From positions 12,598-76,597 of IMG/VR virus record IMGVR_UViG_3300001598_000004: 64,000 nt of DNA. One strand, 5' to 3'. The notes beneath the pieces are model-generated. The model ran no database searches and was not told the DNA's origin. It worked only from the letters and a program-made list of their open reading frames with translations. The stretch comes from a virus. Lineage: Duplodnaviria > Caudoviricetes. Of this stretch, positions 1-9,856 are shown piece by piece (the first letter of the stretch is position 1; every line of letters starts with the position of its first letter). Position numbers and translations under genes: made by a program.

Positions 1-3000
1 GTTGTGAGATATTCCCATAACTTCGGCATATAAGTACGGATAGCGTTAAGTTGCTCTGGAGTCATCTTCTCAACATCGCCTATGCCTTTGATATTGTCAG
101 GCATATCGACACCTGAGAGTTTTTCAGCACGCCTTGCATCAGCATTGTAAAGCCTTCGCACTTCGGCATCATTAGCATAATAATCGTTACTATGATGTGC
201 ACTATTGTAGCCCATTTGAGCCTGTAAGGTCTCAGAAGCAAGTTGGTTGATCTCTTTTTGAATATCTACCATCTGCTGAGAAATCTCAACAGCTTGTACA
301 CCATTCGCGTTATCAAGAGCCTTCGTAAGGCTTTCAAGCCTTCCGTTGAGTCTTTCTATCGCCCTTGTATTTTGCTCCGTCAGCTTGTTTACTTCTGCGG
401 CATTACCGCCACCGATACCAAGAGCAGAGCCGAAATCTTTTATGGCAGATACAGCTTTCAATGCAGCTCCTACATAGTTGCCCGACGCAAAGTCAGCAGC
501 AGCCCCCGCAGCGTTACCAAATCCGCTCAAACCTTTGCCTACTTTCTCTCCTACGTCACCCATACCGAGCGAGTCCAAAAGGTTAGGCAACTGGTCTATA
601 CCTTTCTTCGCGATAAATTCCTGTGCGTCAGCGAACCAATCCGCTACAGCTTGTGCGCTATCTCTCTCTGCTGAGTCCTCCGCATTTTTCAGTTTCTCTG
701 CGGCTTCCTTTGCCTTTTCTCTTGTCCTTGCAAGACGTTTTTCTGCTGCGTCTATCGCCTCTACACTTGCATTTGTAGCTTTGAGAGATTCGAGGTGTGC
801 TGATGCTGCACCGACATCACCTATTGCATTAGAGAACTCTCTCTGCGCATTCGTAACATTAGCTTGAAGCCTCTCACGCTCCATTGCCCTCTCGCCCTTA
901 AACTCAAAGAGACCTGACTTGTCATTTATCTTAACATTGAGTTCGTTGATTTTCTGCTGAACCTTCTCAATGTCTGCGATATTAGAGAGTTTGTTACTGC
1001 TAATAAGTTTCTGTAATTCATCACGAAGATAAACAAGGTACTCCTTAGTATGAGAACTTAAATCAGTAAATACAGTATCCCAATTGATAGAATTGAATGC
1101 GTCTTGTGCGTTAAGAGCCTTCAATTCCTCTTGCATCCTATTCTTGAGAGCTTCCTTTGTATATTCGTCTTTCGCTTTTGCTATCTCTTCTTCATACTTC
1201 TTGGTAATAGCAAAGCGTTTCTCTTCTGCCGTTCCGTAGGCTTCAAGGTATTCATACAGAGCCTGTAGTTTCGCCTGTTGCTCTTCCCTATCGTAGTTCA
1301 ACTGGAGAGCCTTCGTCTTATCAGCCGCATTCTTATCAATCTTCTCGCTCTGTGTCTTGAATGTGTCGCTATTAATGTAGGCTTCTGCATCAAAGTTCTT
1401 ACCTTTGTTGCTTGCATCATTCTGAAACTCATTGCGAGCCATTTCAACAAGGGCGTTCTTTCTATCCTCTGACTCACGTTGGATCTGGAGCATAGCCTTC
1501 TTATGGTTAAGTTCACGTTGCGCAAGTTGTTTCTCCGCGCCCTCTTCCATAAGATTAATCATATTTTGCTGTGCCTCAAGCTCCAAGTCCTCCTCCTGAC
1601 GGATACGCTGTCTTGCATCCTTATCGAGGATCTTACGAAGTTTCTCTTCGGCAGCAAGACGACGAGCGTTCTCAGCATCTTGTCTGCGAGAATTTGCTCC
1701 TTCCTGTTTCTTCTTCTTCGCCTCTAAGGTAGCAATCTGCTGTTTGAGATAGGTTTCGATGTCACTGCCAGCTTCAACGCCTTTCGTGAGGTCTTTCACC
1801 TTCTGAATTACAGAGTCGATACCATCAGTGATCTCTGCTTGCTTAATTTTCTGAACTTGAGCCTTAATATCCTTGAGAGACTTTTTCTCTTCGGTATCGT
1901 CAGGTTCTTCGGATGTCGCACCATAAATAGTATCAACATCTTCCAAGAGTTCTTTTGCCTGTTTTGCATCGGCTTTAATCTTGTCAAGGATTTCCCTGAA
2001 AGTATCATCACCAATTCCACGAGAGAAATTCTTATTAATTTCCTCGAAGGTCTTATAAGACGCATCACCTAACGTATCTACGTCTTTTTTTAGCTTTTGG
2101 ATAAGCTGAGAGGCTTTTTCTCTGCCGACGTTATCCTTGATAGCATCAAAGATTTTTTTTACGTTCTCGCCGTATTTCTGTCCGTAATCATCAAGGATTG
2201 TCTGCTTCTCTGCTTGCATAGCTCTCGCCCTTGCTGCCTGTGTAGCTGCGGTTGCAACAGCTTTGTAAGCACCTTCTACGTCCTTCAACGACTGGATCTC
2301 GTCTGACAGACCTTGCAAGTAAGAACCATACTGGTCTATAATAGCTTTCTTCGCGTCCTCATACTCCTTAGTTCCCTCTTTCGCCTTACGGAGAGTGCCA
2401 AACAGGTCATCAATCTTAGCCTTCTCATTTGTTGCCGCAGCTTCGATATTCTCCATCGCAGTATTAAGGCGTTCCTGTGACTCTGATGCTTGGTTAGAAG
2501 AACGAACAAACTCATAGATGCCTGTAACGACGAAAGCAAGAGCCGTAGCTACAGCAATATAAGGATTCTTCAACATCGTCTTATTGAGAAGAGCCTGTGC
2601 TTTCTCCGCAAGCAGTGTTGCGATAGTGCCCGCCTCTGTTGCTGCTTTTTGGATCGCTTGCACCGTTGTAACGGCAATACAAGCGGCTTTGTATGTGCCT
2701 AATGTAGTAACAAGAGTAACAATAGCAGCAGAAAGTTCCTGTGCGTGATCGGCAAGAACTCCGAAGAGTTCCGTTCCTGTGTTCATCGCAGAGATCAAGC
2801 TACCCTCCATCTGCTCGCCAAGAGCATTGTAGAGCTTTTGCATTGCGCCCTCGAAGTTACTCCGTGCGCCCTTCATGATAGCGGCTTGGTTCTTGAGCAT
2901 ATCGTGGAACTGACCGCCCTCTTCCGTAGCTGTCTTGAATGCGTCAGCAACCATCTGAGCAGAAATCTTACCCTCAGACATTTCGTCCTTGAGTTCTGCC

Positions 3001-3920
3001 ATTGATTTGCCCGTAGTGCGAGCCATTTCCTTGAGAGGATTGAAGCCAGCATTGATAAGCTGCATAAGGTCTTGACCCATCAACTTACCTGTTGCCTGTA
3101 TCTGTGAGAAAGCAAGTGTAAGAGATTGCATCTTCTGCGAGTCACCCATTGAAACGTCACCGATTTCTTTGAGATAACCCATAACCTTATTCGCCTCAAT
3201 ACCGAAGCCAAGCATCGTCTGCGCACCTTGTGCAAGGTCTTTTTCGAGAAGCGGTGTAGAGGTAGCATACTCCGTAATGTCAGCAAAGAGTTTCTTGCCG
3301 ATCGCCTCGCTACCTGTGAGGGATTTGAATGATGCTTCGAGGGATTGAAACTCTGATCGCACCTCCATAATCTGCCCGACGAAGCCCTTTATTTGCTCAT
3401 AGGCAAAGTATGCCGCAACAGCTTTTCCAACCTTAGAGAGTGTCTGGTCTATACCATCGCCAAGTTTCTCCGTATTCTCAGCCAGCTCGCCCGTGTTCTC
3501 GGCAAGATTCTCCATCTCTTCGGATACCTCCGCAACCTGTTCGACTGCGTTAGCCGCTTCCTCGCCTTCTTTCTTTACCTTTGCTAACTGCTCCCCAAGT
3601 GACGCGCCCTGTTCGACGAGAGTTTGCATGAGTTTCTCGATATTGGCAAGACGCTCAACATCACTACTACTCAATGCAGAACTAAAGGATATACTACCAA
3701 CCTTGTCCTTCAACTGTGCAAGGCTCGCCACAAGTTCATTGATTGTCTCTTCTGAGTTATTCAAAGATGAAAGGGAAGCATTAATCTTATTGACGGCTTT
3801 GTCTGTAGCCGCCTCCATTTTGTTTAACGCTTCGATGTACTCCTTCGAGCCTTTGGTAGCTCCAGAGGAATCTATGGTAGCACTCGTTCCAAGTGCGCCG
3901 TCTATGCTATTATCTGCCAT
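1..3920 (-). CDS. Tail tape measure protein (5' part; continues beyond the left edge)
   Basis: ATG at 3920 (MADNSIDGALGTSATIDSSG); reading frame still open at base 1. Ala/Glu/Lys-rich helical sequence with a tape-measure core (EFQSLEASFKSLTGS...TPLLEKDLAQGAQTMLGFG...GKLMGQDLMQLINAGFNP). Lies downstream of the tail chaperones. Missing from the ORF track because it has no stop in the window. Confidence 0.93.
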   Translation of the reverse strand, partial: MADNSIDGALGTSATIDSSGATKGSKEYIEALNKMEAATDKAVNKINASLSSLNNSEETINELVASLAQLKDKVGSISFSSALSSSDVERLANIEKLMQTLVEQGASLGEQLAKVKKEGEEAANAVEQVAEVSEEMENLAENTGELAENTEKLGDGIDQTLSKVGKAVAAYFAYEQIKGFVGQIMEVRSEFQSLEASFKSLTGSEAIGKKLFADITEYATSTPLLEKDLAQGAQTMLGFGIEANKVMGYLKEIGDVSMGDSQKMQSLTLAFSQIQATGKLMGQDLMQLINAGFNPLKEMARTTGKSMAELKDEMSEGKISAQMVADAFKTATEEGGQFHDMLKNQAAIMKGARSNFEGAMQKLYNALGEQMEGSLISAMNTGTELFGVLADHAQELSAAIVTLVTTLGTYKAACIAVTTVQAIQKAATEAGTIATLLAEKAQALLNKTMLKNPYIAVATALAFVVTGIYEFVRSSNQASESQERLNTAMENIEAAATNEKAKIDDLFGTLRKAKEGTKEYEDAKKAIIDQYGSYLQGLSDEIQSLKDVEGAYKAVATAATQAARARAMQAEKQTILDDYGQKYGENVKKIFDAIKDNVGREKASQLIQKLKKDVDTLGDASYKTFEEINKNFSRGIGDDTFREILDKIKADAKQAKELLEDVDTIYGATSEEPDDTEEKKSLKDIKAQVQKIKQAEITDGIDSVIQKVKDLTKGVEAGSDIETYLKQQIATLEAKKKKQEGANSRRQDAENARRLAAEEKLRKILDKDARQRIRQEEDLELEAQQNMINLMEEGAEKQLAQRELNHKKAMLQIQRESEDRKNALVEMARNEFQNDASNKGKNFDAEAYINSDTFKTQSEKIDKNAADKTKALQLNYDREEQQAKLQALYEYLEAYGTAEEKRFAITKKYEEEIAKAKDEYTKEALKNRMQEELKALNAQDAFNSINWDTVFTDLSSHTKEYLVYLRDELQKLISSNKLSNIADIEKVQQKINELNVKINDKSGLFEFKGERAMERERLQANVTNAQREFSNAIGDVGAASAHLESLKATNASVEAIDAAEKRLARTREKAKEAAEKLKNAEDSAERDSAQAVADWFADAQEFIAKKGIDQLPNLLDSLGMGDVGEKVGKGLSGFGNAAGAAADFASGNYVGAALKAVSAIKDFGSALGIGGGNAAEVNKLTEQNTRAIERLNGRLESLTKALDNANGVQAVEISQQMVDIQKEINQLASETLQAQMGYNSAHHSNDYYANDAEVRRLYNADARRAEKLSGVDMPDNIKGIGDVEKMTPEQLNAIRTYMPKLWEYLT

Positions 3921-3925
3921 TGTCG

Positions 3926-4297
3926 TTACATTAATTGTTCAAAGAAATTGTTTGCGTGTTGTGTTGCAGGTTTCTTGTGGCTGCTTCCTTCTTCATCTTT
4001 CTTGTCGAAAGGCTTGTACCCTGGTATTGCCCTGTTAAGGAGTATAAGGTTGATGTATGAGCGTTTAAAGACGACCTCTTCGTAACTCATACGGAAGTAT
4101 TTCATTATACCACCTATGAATCCCCAAGGGCTGTCGGATCGCTCGTATTCGTTGGGTTCGTTATCGTCTTGATCCCTTTGAGGAAAGTGAAAGAGGTCAA
4201 AAAAAAACTTGCTTGCATACTTATGAAGCTGTATTCCATGACCTTCTTGTACTGTGCCATCGTTATATGGTTCTTGATATAACGACCAAACAACCAT
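3926..4297 (-). CDS. Tail assembly chaperone, downstream (T-like) ORF, probably made as a G-T frameshift fusion
   Basis: Overlaps the 3' end of 4114..4554 in the -1 frame; sits between tail tube and tape measure. Confidence 0.7.
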   Translation of the reverse strand: MVVWSLYQEPYNDGTVQEGHGIQLHKYASKFFFDLFHFPQRDQDDNEPNEYERSDSPWGFIGGIMKYFRMSYEEVVFKRSYINLILLNRAIPGYKPFDKKDEEGSSHKKPATQHANNFFEQLM

Positions 4298-4554
4298 CGT
4301 TTAAGCCTTCCTCGGAAGAGAATAATCTTCATCATTTCGGCACAACTCTTCATTGCCCTATGATGGTTCAAGGTTTCTGCCACTACGGTATTGTTCCCGT
4401 TCTTTATCTCAATATCCTCTACATTCTCAAGATAAGAACCAAGTTCCCAAATCTGCGCAAGTGTAAGAGGTTTGAGCAAAAACCAAAAGAAGCCGATATG
4501 TATCCACATCGGCTTCTCTGTAATCACTTTTGTTGTCTTATTCGTATTTTCCAT
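4114..4554 (-). CDS. Tail assembly chaperone (G-like)
   Basis: 146 aa, directly after the tail tube gene; contains a T9 slippery run near its 3' end. Confidence 0.7.
   Translation of the reverse strand: MENTNKTTKVITEKPMWIHIGFFWFLLKPLTLAQIWELGSYLENVEDIEIKNGNNTVVAETLNHHRAMKSCAEMMKIILFRGRLKRWLFGRYIKNHITMAQYKKVMEYSFISMQASFFLTSFTFLKGIKTITNPTNTSDPTALGDS
4199..4207 (-). other. Candidate -1 programmed ribosomal frameshift site (AGT TTT TTT TTG; T TTT TTT heptamer)
   Basis: A9 on + strand = T9 on - strand. A -1 slip moves from ...QASFFLT into ...KFFFDLFHFPQ, the open frame of 3926..4297. Confidence 0.7.
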
Positions 4555-4581
4555 TATCGCTGTTTAAAGCCTGATGATGTC

Positions 4582-5118
4582 TTACTCACCTTTTGTGTAC
4601 TTCCAGCGTGCACCAGCAATCTCCTTACCCTGTGCATCGTTGAGTACGAGCTGCTTGAAGGTAATCTGGAAGTTAGGGAAACCACTCTTACCGATGTTAC
4701 CTGTGCGAGTAATCTTAACTGCGAGGTTAGCCCACTCAAAGGTCTTGCTTGGGAAGTCAGCAAACTCCTTTGTGATAACCTGTACTGCCTGATTGCCAAG
4801 AGCATGACCAGGGGTTTCCTCGAAGTAACCTGTAGCCTCGTTCTTTGTGTAGCCCGCAAGATACTTGTAGGTAGCCTCGCCCATGTCGTAGGTCTGGATA
4901 GTGAAGCCTTTTGTAGCGAGTGAAGAAGGGAGAGAAGCATAGAAGTTATCCATATCCTCTACCTCAATATCGTTCTCAGATGACTCAGAGTCGTTGTAAC
5001 CGAAAGAGTCCTTAACGATAGCCTTCATTTCATAGGCATCTTCCCATGATGTTGGGAAACCGCTCGCAGAAGCATTCTGCATCTTGAACGACTGAATACC
5101 ATATACGCCGTCTTTCAT
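4582..5118 (-). CDS. Major tail (tube) protein
   Basis: 178 aa, acidic, beta-rich; canonical position between neck genes and chaperones. Confidence 0.7.
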   Translation of the reverse strand: MKDGVYGIQSFKMQNASASGFPTSWEDAYEMKAIVKDSFGYNDSESSENDIEVEDMDNFYASLPSSLATKGFTIQTYDMGEATYKYLAGYTKNEATGYFEETPGHALGNQAVQVITKEFADFPSKTFEWANLAVKITRTGNIGKSGFPNFQITFKQLVLNDAQGKEIAGARWKYTKGE

Positions 5119-5129
5119 AACTTTGTGTA

Positions 5130-5558
5130 TTAATTAGTGAAACGTACTGTTAATTTGAAATTTATGTAATGTGTATTATCAATATCTGATAGTGGTGCAC
5201 CAATATTTGTGATACTATATGCAGCCTTCTTCAATAGCAGCATTTCGTCCTCTTCGCAACCACCCTCAACTGGCAAGACCGTTTGCATCCAATCACGCCA
5301 CTTGTTAGCAACGGATCGGTAGTAACGATTGTTAGACCTATCGGGGATATGCAAGTTAACGTTAACGATGTTCTTATCGTTCAAAGCGTAACCATAGACG
5401 AAAGGGAGAGCGTTTACAGAGATATACACGCCTTTATCATCAGCCGCCTTTTCGTCGTACTGATAGACTTTCACGGATTTGTCGGGAGAGTTAGCTATCT
5501 CCTTTTGGAGGTATCTTTGGATCTCTTCCACACAATCATCGGCAGTAATAACGCTCAT
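5130..5558 (-). CDS. Tail terminator/completion protein
   Basis: 142 aa; synteny in the neck module. Confidence 0.55.
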   Translation of the reverse strand: MSVITADDCVEEIQRYLQKEIANSPDKSVKVYQYDEKAADDKGVYISVNALPFVYGYALNDKNIVNVNLHIPDRSNNRYYRSVANKWRDWMQTVLPVEGGCEEDEMLLLKKAAYSITNIGAPLSDIDNTHYINFKLTVRFTN

Positions 5559-6025
5559 AGTCCTCTCTTCTTTTTAAGTTTTTCTATTTCTTTCTCTAAT
5601 TCTATGCTTGTGAGATGCAATACATTGTAGCCGTAATTTTCGACGTGTACTGCGTAGTTCATTCCCGCAACAATAATAAGAGTCCACCCGTTGACTGATG
5701 CCGTCGCAGAAAAGGCTTCTAATGCCTGTCTCGCTGCTGCTTCGCCAAGTTCTCCGTTGCCGCCCTCGCCTGTTACGGTTTCAAAGCCGCCATCTTTGAC
5801 AGGCGTGCCGTTTTTAAGTATTCGGAAGCCAATAGAAGAACGAAGGTTGTGTGTCCAATCATCATAGCCGCCAGAAGCGCGTCCTTTGGTAATGGTTCTT
5901 GCATGGTTACACATCTTCTCCCCGATGAAGGACAGGTCAAAGATCATATCCTCGTCAGAGATTTTCTGCGCCATACCGCCGTTGCCACTCTTAGCCTTGT
6001 CAAAGCCGAACTTTTTTAAGCCCAT
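5555..6025 (-). CDS. HK97 gp10-like neck/tail completion protein
   Basis: DWTHNLRSSIG and AGMNYAVHVE motifs typical of gp10-like proteins; synteny. Confidence 0.7.
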   Translation of the reverse strand: MGLKKFGFDKAKSGNGGMAQKISDEDMIFDLSFIGEKMCNHARTITKGRASGGYDDWTHNLRSSIGFRILKNGTPVKDGGFETVTGEGGNGELGEAAARQALEAFSATASVNGWTLIIVAGMNYAVHVENYGYNVLHLTSIELEKEIEKLKKKRGL

Positions 6026-6333
6026 ATTTTAAGGAAGCGACCACCGAGAACGTCGATACCCTTCACTTGTAGTTCAGAGTCGATGACCTTATCTTTCGAC
6101 TTTAGGTTTATCCAGTCGCCTTCAATCGGAATACGCAGTTTAGGTTTACGCATCACAACAGTATAGGTGTATGTCCTTTGTTGTGTATTCTCGCTCACCT
6201 CTCTGCTTGCAGCGTTGTTAGGAAATATAGTGCATTTCCCTAATCTCAGCCACTCTTCCGTTTCGACAGGATAGCCATCATCATCCTCAGTTTCGATGAT
6301 CTGTTTTAGGAATATCTCATCGTCAAAACGCAT
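6016..6333 (-). CDS. Head closure / head-tail adaptor
   Basis: 105 aa with DDDGYPV N-terminal motif; synteny. Confidence 0.6.
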   Translation of the reverse strand: MRFDDEIFLKQIIETEDDDGYPVETEEWLRLGKCTIFPNNAASREVSENTQQRTYTYTVVMRKPKLRIPIEGDWINLKSKDKVIDSELQVKGIDVLGGRFLKIWA

Positions 6334-6334
6334 A

Positions 6335-6682
6335 TCAAATAGAGATAAATGTTACGCTTGGTTCATCAGAATCAGCGAGAACTATATCAGAAGGAAGTCC
6401 AGCTTCCGTTGCGATAGCCTTGATACGCTTCTCAAGTTTCTTGACATCGTAATTCTGAGAGATACCGCCGATATTCTCAGCAGTCAACTCCCTTACTCTG
6501 TTAAGACAAAGCATTGCAGCAAACGCAACAACCTTCTTCATTGAGTAGAGATAAACATCCTCAATCTCCAATGTTTCATCTTCTCCGAAACGACCATTGG
6601 CATCAATGAACGCCTTTTCTACACTCTCGTCAGAAAGTCCGTAAGGCTCGATTTCTCCTGATATAGCTTCTCTTATTGTCAT
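6335..6682 (-). CDS. Head-tail connector protein
   Basis: 115 aa directly after the capsid gene; ENIGGISQNYD resembles the adaptor E-x-G-x-S-x-S/T-Y motif. Confidence 0.6.
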   Translation of the reverse strand: MTIREAISGEIEPYGLSDESVEKAFIDANGRFGEDETLEIEDVYLYSMKKVVAFAAMLCLNRVRELTAENIGGISQNYDVKKLEKRIKAIATEAGLPSDIVLADSDEPSVTFISI

Positions 6683-6707
6683 AATAACACTTTACTTTAC
6701 TTAATGA

Positions 6708-7796
6708 CTACACCTTGTCAGTTTCAAGGATATAGTAATTATCCATACCTGTGAATACAGGTGTTGCCCACATATCGTAGTCGATGAAACGACCCTCGTC
6801 AGTACGCCATGTACCGATAAGGTTGTTGTCAACTGTAGAGTATGTCTTGTTTGGCAGTGGATCGATAGACTCAAGAGGGTCAGAAACCTTCAATACAGCT
6901 ACACGGTCAGCACACTGAGCAACAACACGATCGTCAACTGTGAAGTTAACAGATGTGCCATCAGCGAGTGTTGCGAAACGATCCTTCTCAATCTCGATTG
7001 TTGGGAGAAGAAGTGACTCGAGGTAAGCGTTTACGTCGTTCACTGAGAGGATTGATGTAGGAGTGATGTCAGCCTTTGCGAGCTTGAGCTTGAATGAAGC
7101 AAGGATCTGGTTACTCTGGCACATCTTACGGAATGTGCGCTTAGACATACGGAGGCGACGGATAACGCGACCATGAGCCTGTGCGTAATCCTCAAGAGCC
7201 TGAATATCGTCAAGAGGTGTAGCAGTAGCCTGACCCCATGTAGCAACCTTTGCTTGGAACTTCTTCACGTTAAGGCTGTAAGTGAAGGAAACGTTAGCAG
7301 AAGTGTTGTTTGTGCGAGAAACGGTCTGAGTACCATTGAAAAGACCCTCGAAGTAGAGCATATCAATACGCTTCTGAGGAGCGATGACAGCAGCATCGTA
7401 AGGACGATAAAGGAACTCAATGAGCTTGCGGAACTCGTCGTTGTCCTGTGCAGGAGTGTAGCTCGCACGCTTGTCGCGATAACGACCCTCAAGGAGATAG
7501 AACTGCTCAAGGCGGTCATTATCCATCTGCCACTTATCAGCCATGTGTGAGAGAGCGCCAGTGATCTGCTCGATTGTTGGCATCAAGTGAGTAGGCTTCT
7601 TACCATTCTTGTCGATTACAGAACCGACCATAGCAGCAGTGTACTCTGCGAGGTTTGCCTGATAAACCTTATGAGCACTGAACTCAACATCTATTTCCTT
7701 CTTCCACTCTGCCTGATAGGTAGAGAGCTTCATGTTGTCCTGAATGAAGGCATCGAAGAACTTTGGTTCAAGGAGTTTTGAAACTATAGAATCCAT
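6708..7796 (-). CDS. Major capsid protein
   Basis: 362 aa; position after scaffold/decoration genes; phage capsid E-like character (WGQATATPLDDI, MSKRTFRKM). Confidence 0.85.
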   Translation of the reverse strand: MDSIVSKLLEPKFFDAFIQDNMKLSTYQAEWKKEIDVEFSAHKVYQANLAEYTAAMVGSVIDKNGKKPTHLMPTIEQITGALSHMADKWQMDNDRLEQFYLLEGRYRDKRASYTPAQDNDEFRKLIEFLYRPYDAAVIAPQKRIDMLYFEGLFNGTQTVSRTNNTSANVSFTYSLNVKKFQAKVATWGQATATPLDDIQALEDYAQAHGRVIRRLRMSKRTFRKMCQSNQILASFKLKLAKADITPTSILSVNDVNAYLESLLLPTIEIEKDRFATLADGTSVNFTVDDRVVAQCADRVAVLKVSDPLESIDPLPNKTYSTVDNNLIGTWRTDEGRFIDYDMWATPVFTGMDNYYILETDKV

Positions 7797-7823
7797 TGTG
7801 TGTCTGTGTTAAATGTTAAACAA

Positions 7824-8369
7824 TTAGAGCTTGAAAGCGTGACGATCTGTAAGACCAGCCTTGATAGCCTCGCTGAGTGGATAAGGAAGTGTATCCTCCT
7901 CGATCTCATAAGCCTGTAGGGTTGGAGTTACTGTTACCTGACCGCGCATCTTAACACTTGCGTAGTTAAGACCGAGCACCTTCTTAGTGCCAAGAGTGTC
8001 AACTACCTCGTCCTTCTCAACTGCTGCGCTGAGAGCTGCTACTGTAAGAGTGTCGTAGCCTGTAGCAGATGTGATCTTAGAGATTGCAGAGCCGTTAATT
8101 ACGTCACCTACCTCAAGAAGATGACCCTTGGCTACCTTCAAACTTGTTGCTGATGCGTTAGCTGCCTCGTAAGCTACAGCAGTCTTAATGAGAACAGCGT
8201 TACCTGTGGTTGCGTCAAGAGCGAGTGGTGCGCCCTTTGGAAGCCACTTTGTCTCGTCTGTAGAGAAAGATGACTTAGTGAAGTCATAGCCACCGATACG
8301 GCGACGGCAAGACTCTTCATCCCACTTACCCTCTGTCAGAACGTCTGGTTTTGTTGATTCGTAAAACAT
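7824..8369 (-). CDS. Head decoration/fibre protein
   Basis: 181 aa between scaffold and capsid; Ala/Thr-rich, ends LPYPLSEAIKAGL. Confidence 0.6.
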   Translation of the reverse strand: MFYESTKPDVLTEGKWDEESCRRRIGGYDFTKSSFSTDETKWLPKGAPLALDATTGNAVLIKTAVAYEAANASATSLKVAKGHLLEVGDVINGSAISKITSATGYDTLTVAALSAAVEKDEVVDTLGTKKVLGLNYASVKMRGQVTVTPTLQAYEIEEDTLPYPLSEAIKAGLTDRHAFKL

Positions 8370-8398
8370 AGCGTTAAAAAAATTTGTGTTTGTGTTGT

Positions 8399-9067
8399 TT
8401 AAGACTTTTTGTTAGCAGATCCTTCCTCTGCCATCTTGTGCATACGAGCGATAAGGTCGTCTGTTTCACCTATGCCGCCCGCCTTTGGCTTCTCAACAAA
8501 GCCTTCCTGTTGAACAAGCTGCTGCTTCATAGTAGCATAATCAGTTTCGATCTGTGAAGCTATTGTCTCAAGATCCTCTGCCTTATCCAACGAATAACGG
8601 CTACGAAAGAAGTCGGGGATGTCTTTAACCTTTGAGTGCGCAAAGAGCTGTGCTCTGAGTTGAGTAGATTTCTCTCTTGCCTCATACTCCGCAATCTTGT
8701 CGTTGAGTTCCTTAGTTTTTGAGCTGATGCCCTCCGCAATAAGGTTCTGAACCTGCTCCAGAGTAAGACCTTCCTCTGATTTCTTCTCTGGCTCTTTGTT
8801 CTTTGCCTCTGCGAGAAGTTTCTCAACATCCTGTGGACTCTTGAAGTCTTTAAATCCTTCTCTGATTGCAGTTACCTGTCGGCTTGCACTCTTTTGCATA
8901 ATTTCGGCGATTGGAATAACACTCTTAGCAAGATTGTCTATCTCTTCGTCGGTTGATGTCTCTGTGAGATTCTTACTGTAAAGATTGGCAAGACTCTCAA
9001 TTTCTTCTTTGCTCAACCCTTTGTCCTTAATCAGAGGTTTAAGCACTTCTAAAAATTTCTTTGTCAT
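8399..9067 (-). CDS. Capsid scaffolding protein
   Basis: 222 aa, highly charged coiled-coil, first gene of the head operon. Confidence 0.7.
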   Translation of the reverse strand: MTKKFLEVLKPLIKDKGLSKEEIESLANLYSKNLTETSTDEEIDNLAKSVIPIAEIMQKSASRQVTAIREGFKDFKSPQDVEKLLAEAKNKEPEKKSEEGLTLEQVQNLIAEGISSKTKELNDKIAEYEAREKSTQLRAQLFAHSKVKDIPDFFRSRYSLDKAEDLETIASQIETDYATMKQQLVQQEGFVEKPKAGGIGETDDLIARMHKMAEEGSANKKS

Positions 9068-9098
9068 CGTTTATGTGTGATATGTTAAAAATCCGCTA

Positions 9099-9154
9099 CA
9101 AAAATATAGTTTTTTAATCAAAAAAGAAATTTTCTGATTAATCACGAATAAACA
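9099..9154 (-). promoter_or_regulatory. Late-type promoter TGTTTATTCG-N38-TATTTTTG upstream of the head/tail operon
   Basis: + strand CGAATAAACA at 9145-9154 and CAAAAATA at 9099-9106, 38 nt apart; same geometry at four other operon starts. Confidence 0.7.
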
Positions 9155-9185
9155 TCAATAAAAATCCTTTCATTTTTCCCACTTT

Positions 9186-9620
9186 TTAGCCGTTTTGCGA
9201 CGGTTTTACCCTTTCTCTGGAATAACTACCAAGCAAAACTTGTTTCTTGGGCATAAAGCGTTTTATTTTACTATGGATCTTGTCAAAGCTGTATGCGTCT
9301 TTGTTCTTTATGCGGCAAAGGTGATAGTCGAGCTTTCGTATGTTTGCGCTTCGGTTGTCGTCGAGTCGCTTCTGATCCTTCGTTTCGTGGTAGCCGCCAT
9401 CTACCTCGATGATGAGTCGAAGGGAAGGAACATAGATGTCGGCATAGTATGTCTTTCTTGGTGTAGTAATCGGGTACTGAGGTAAGAACCTTAGTCCGAG
9501 CCTACTCAACGCCCTCCCGACGGCACTCTCTGCTTTCGTAGTTGATGCTAACAATTCTCTTCGGAAATTTGAAGAAAACAGCTTTTTGTTTTTTTCTTTT
9601 TTATTTTTTTCTTTTAGCAT
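9186..9620 (-). CDS. DUF559 / Vsr-like endonuclease
   Basis: TKAES, PQYPI, YYADIY, LIIEVDGGYH, DDNRS motifs. Confidence 0.85.
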   Translation of the reverse strand: MLKEKNKKEKNKKLFSSNFRRELLASTTKAESAVGRALSRLGLRFLPQYPITTPRKTYYADIYVPSLRLIIEVDGGYHETKDQKRLDDNRSANIRKLDYHLCRIKNKDAYSFDKIHSKIKRFMPKKQVLLGSYSRERVKPSQNG

Positions 9621-9662
9621 AATAATATATATATTTTAAGCTTTCTTTTTCTTATATCTTTT

Positions 9663-9782
9663 TCTTTATCTTTATCATATGCCCCTACCCCTGCCCCAGA
9701 AGCTGGGGCTACGGCTGGGGCAGAGCCTACCCCAGAAACTGGGGCTACGGCTGGGGCAGAGCCTACCCCAGAAACTGGGGCA
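9663..9782. repeat. 36-bp tandem repeat (x2 plus partials) sharing a 22-mer and a 26-mer with the replication initiator gene
   Basis: Unit CTGGGGCTACGGCTGGGGCAGAGCCTACCCCAGAAA. CTGGGGCAGAGCCTACCCCAGA at 9715-9736 and 9751-9772 equals 49759-49780. 9663-9688 is the reverse complement of 49806-49831 with 1 mismatch. Confidence 0.85.
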
Positions 9783-9856
9783 GAAATAAAGGCTTAACTC
9801 GCCTTTATTGTTGTAGTGGAGCTGAGAGCCTTGTTTTTGTGGGCAAAAATACTAAG

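Noticed and set aside
243-4038. Many + strand ORFs in the track over 243-4038 (and similar antisense ORFs over MuF, portal, folE, integrase)
   Set aside because: They are shadows of long - strand genes such as the tape measure; their translations lack natural composition.
9703-9782. CRISPR mini-array
   Set aside because: Repeats are directly tandem with no unique spacers, and there are no cas genes.
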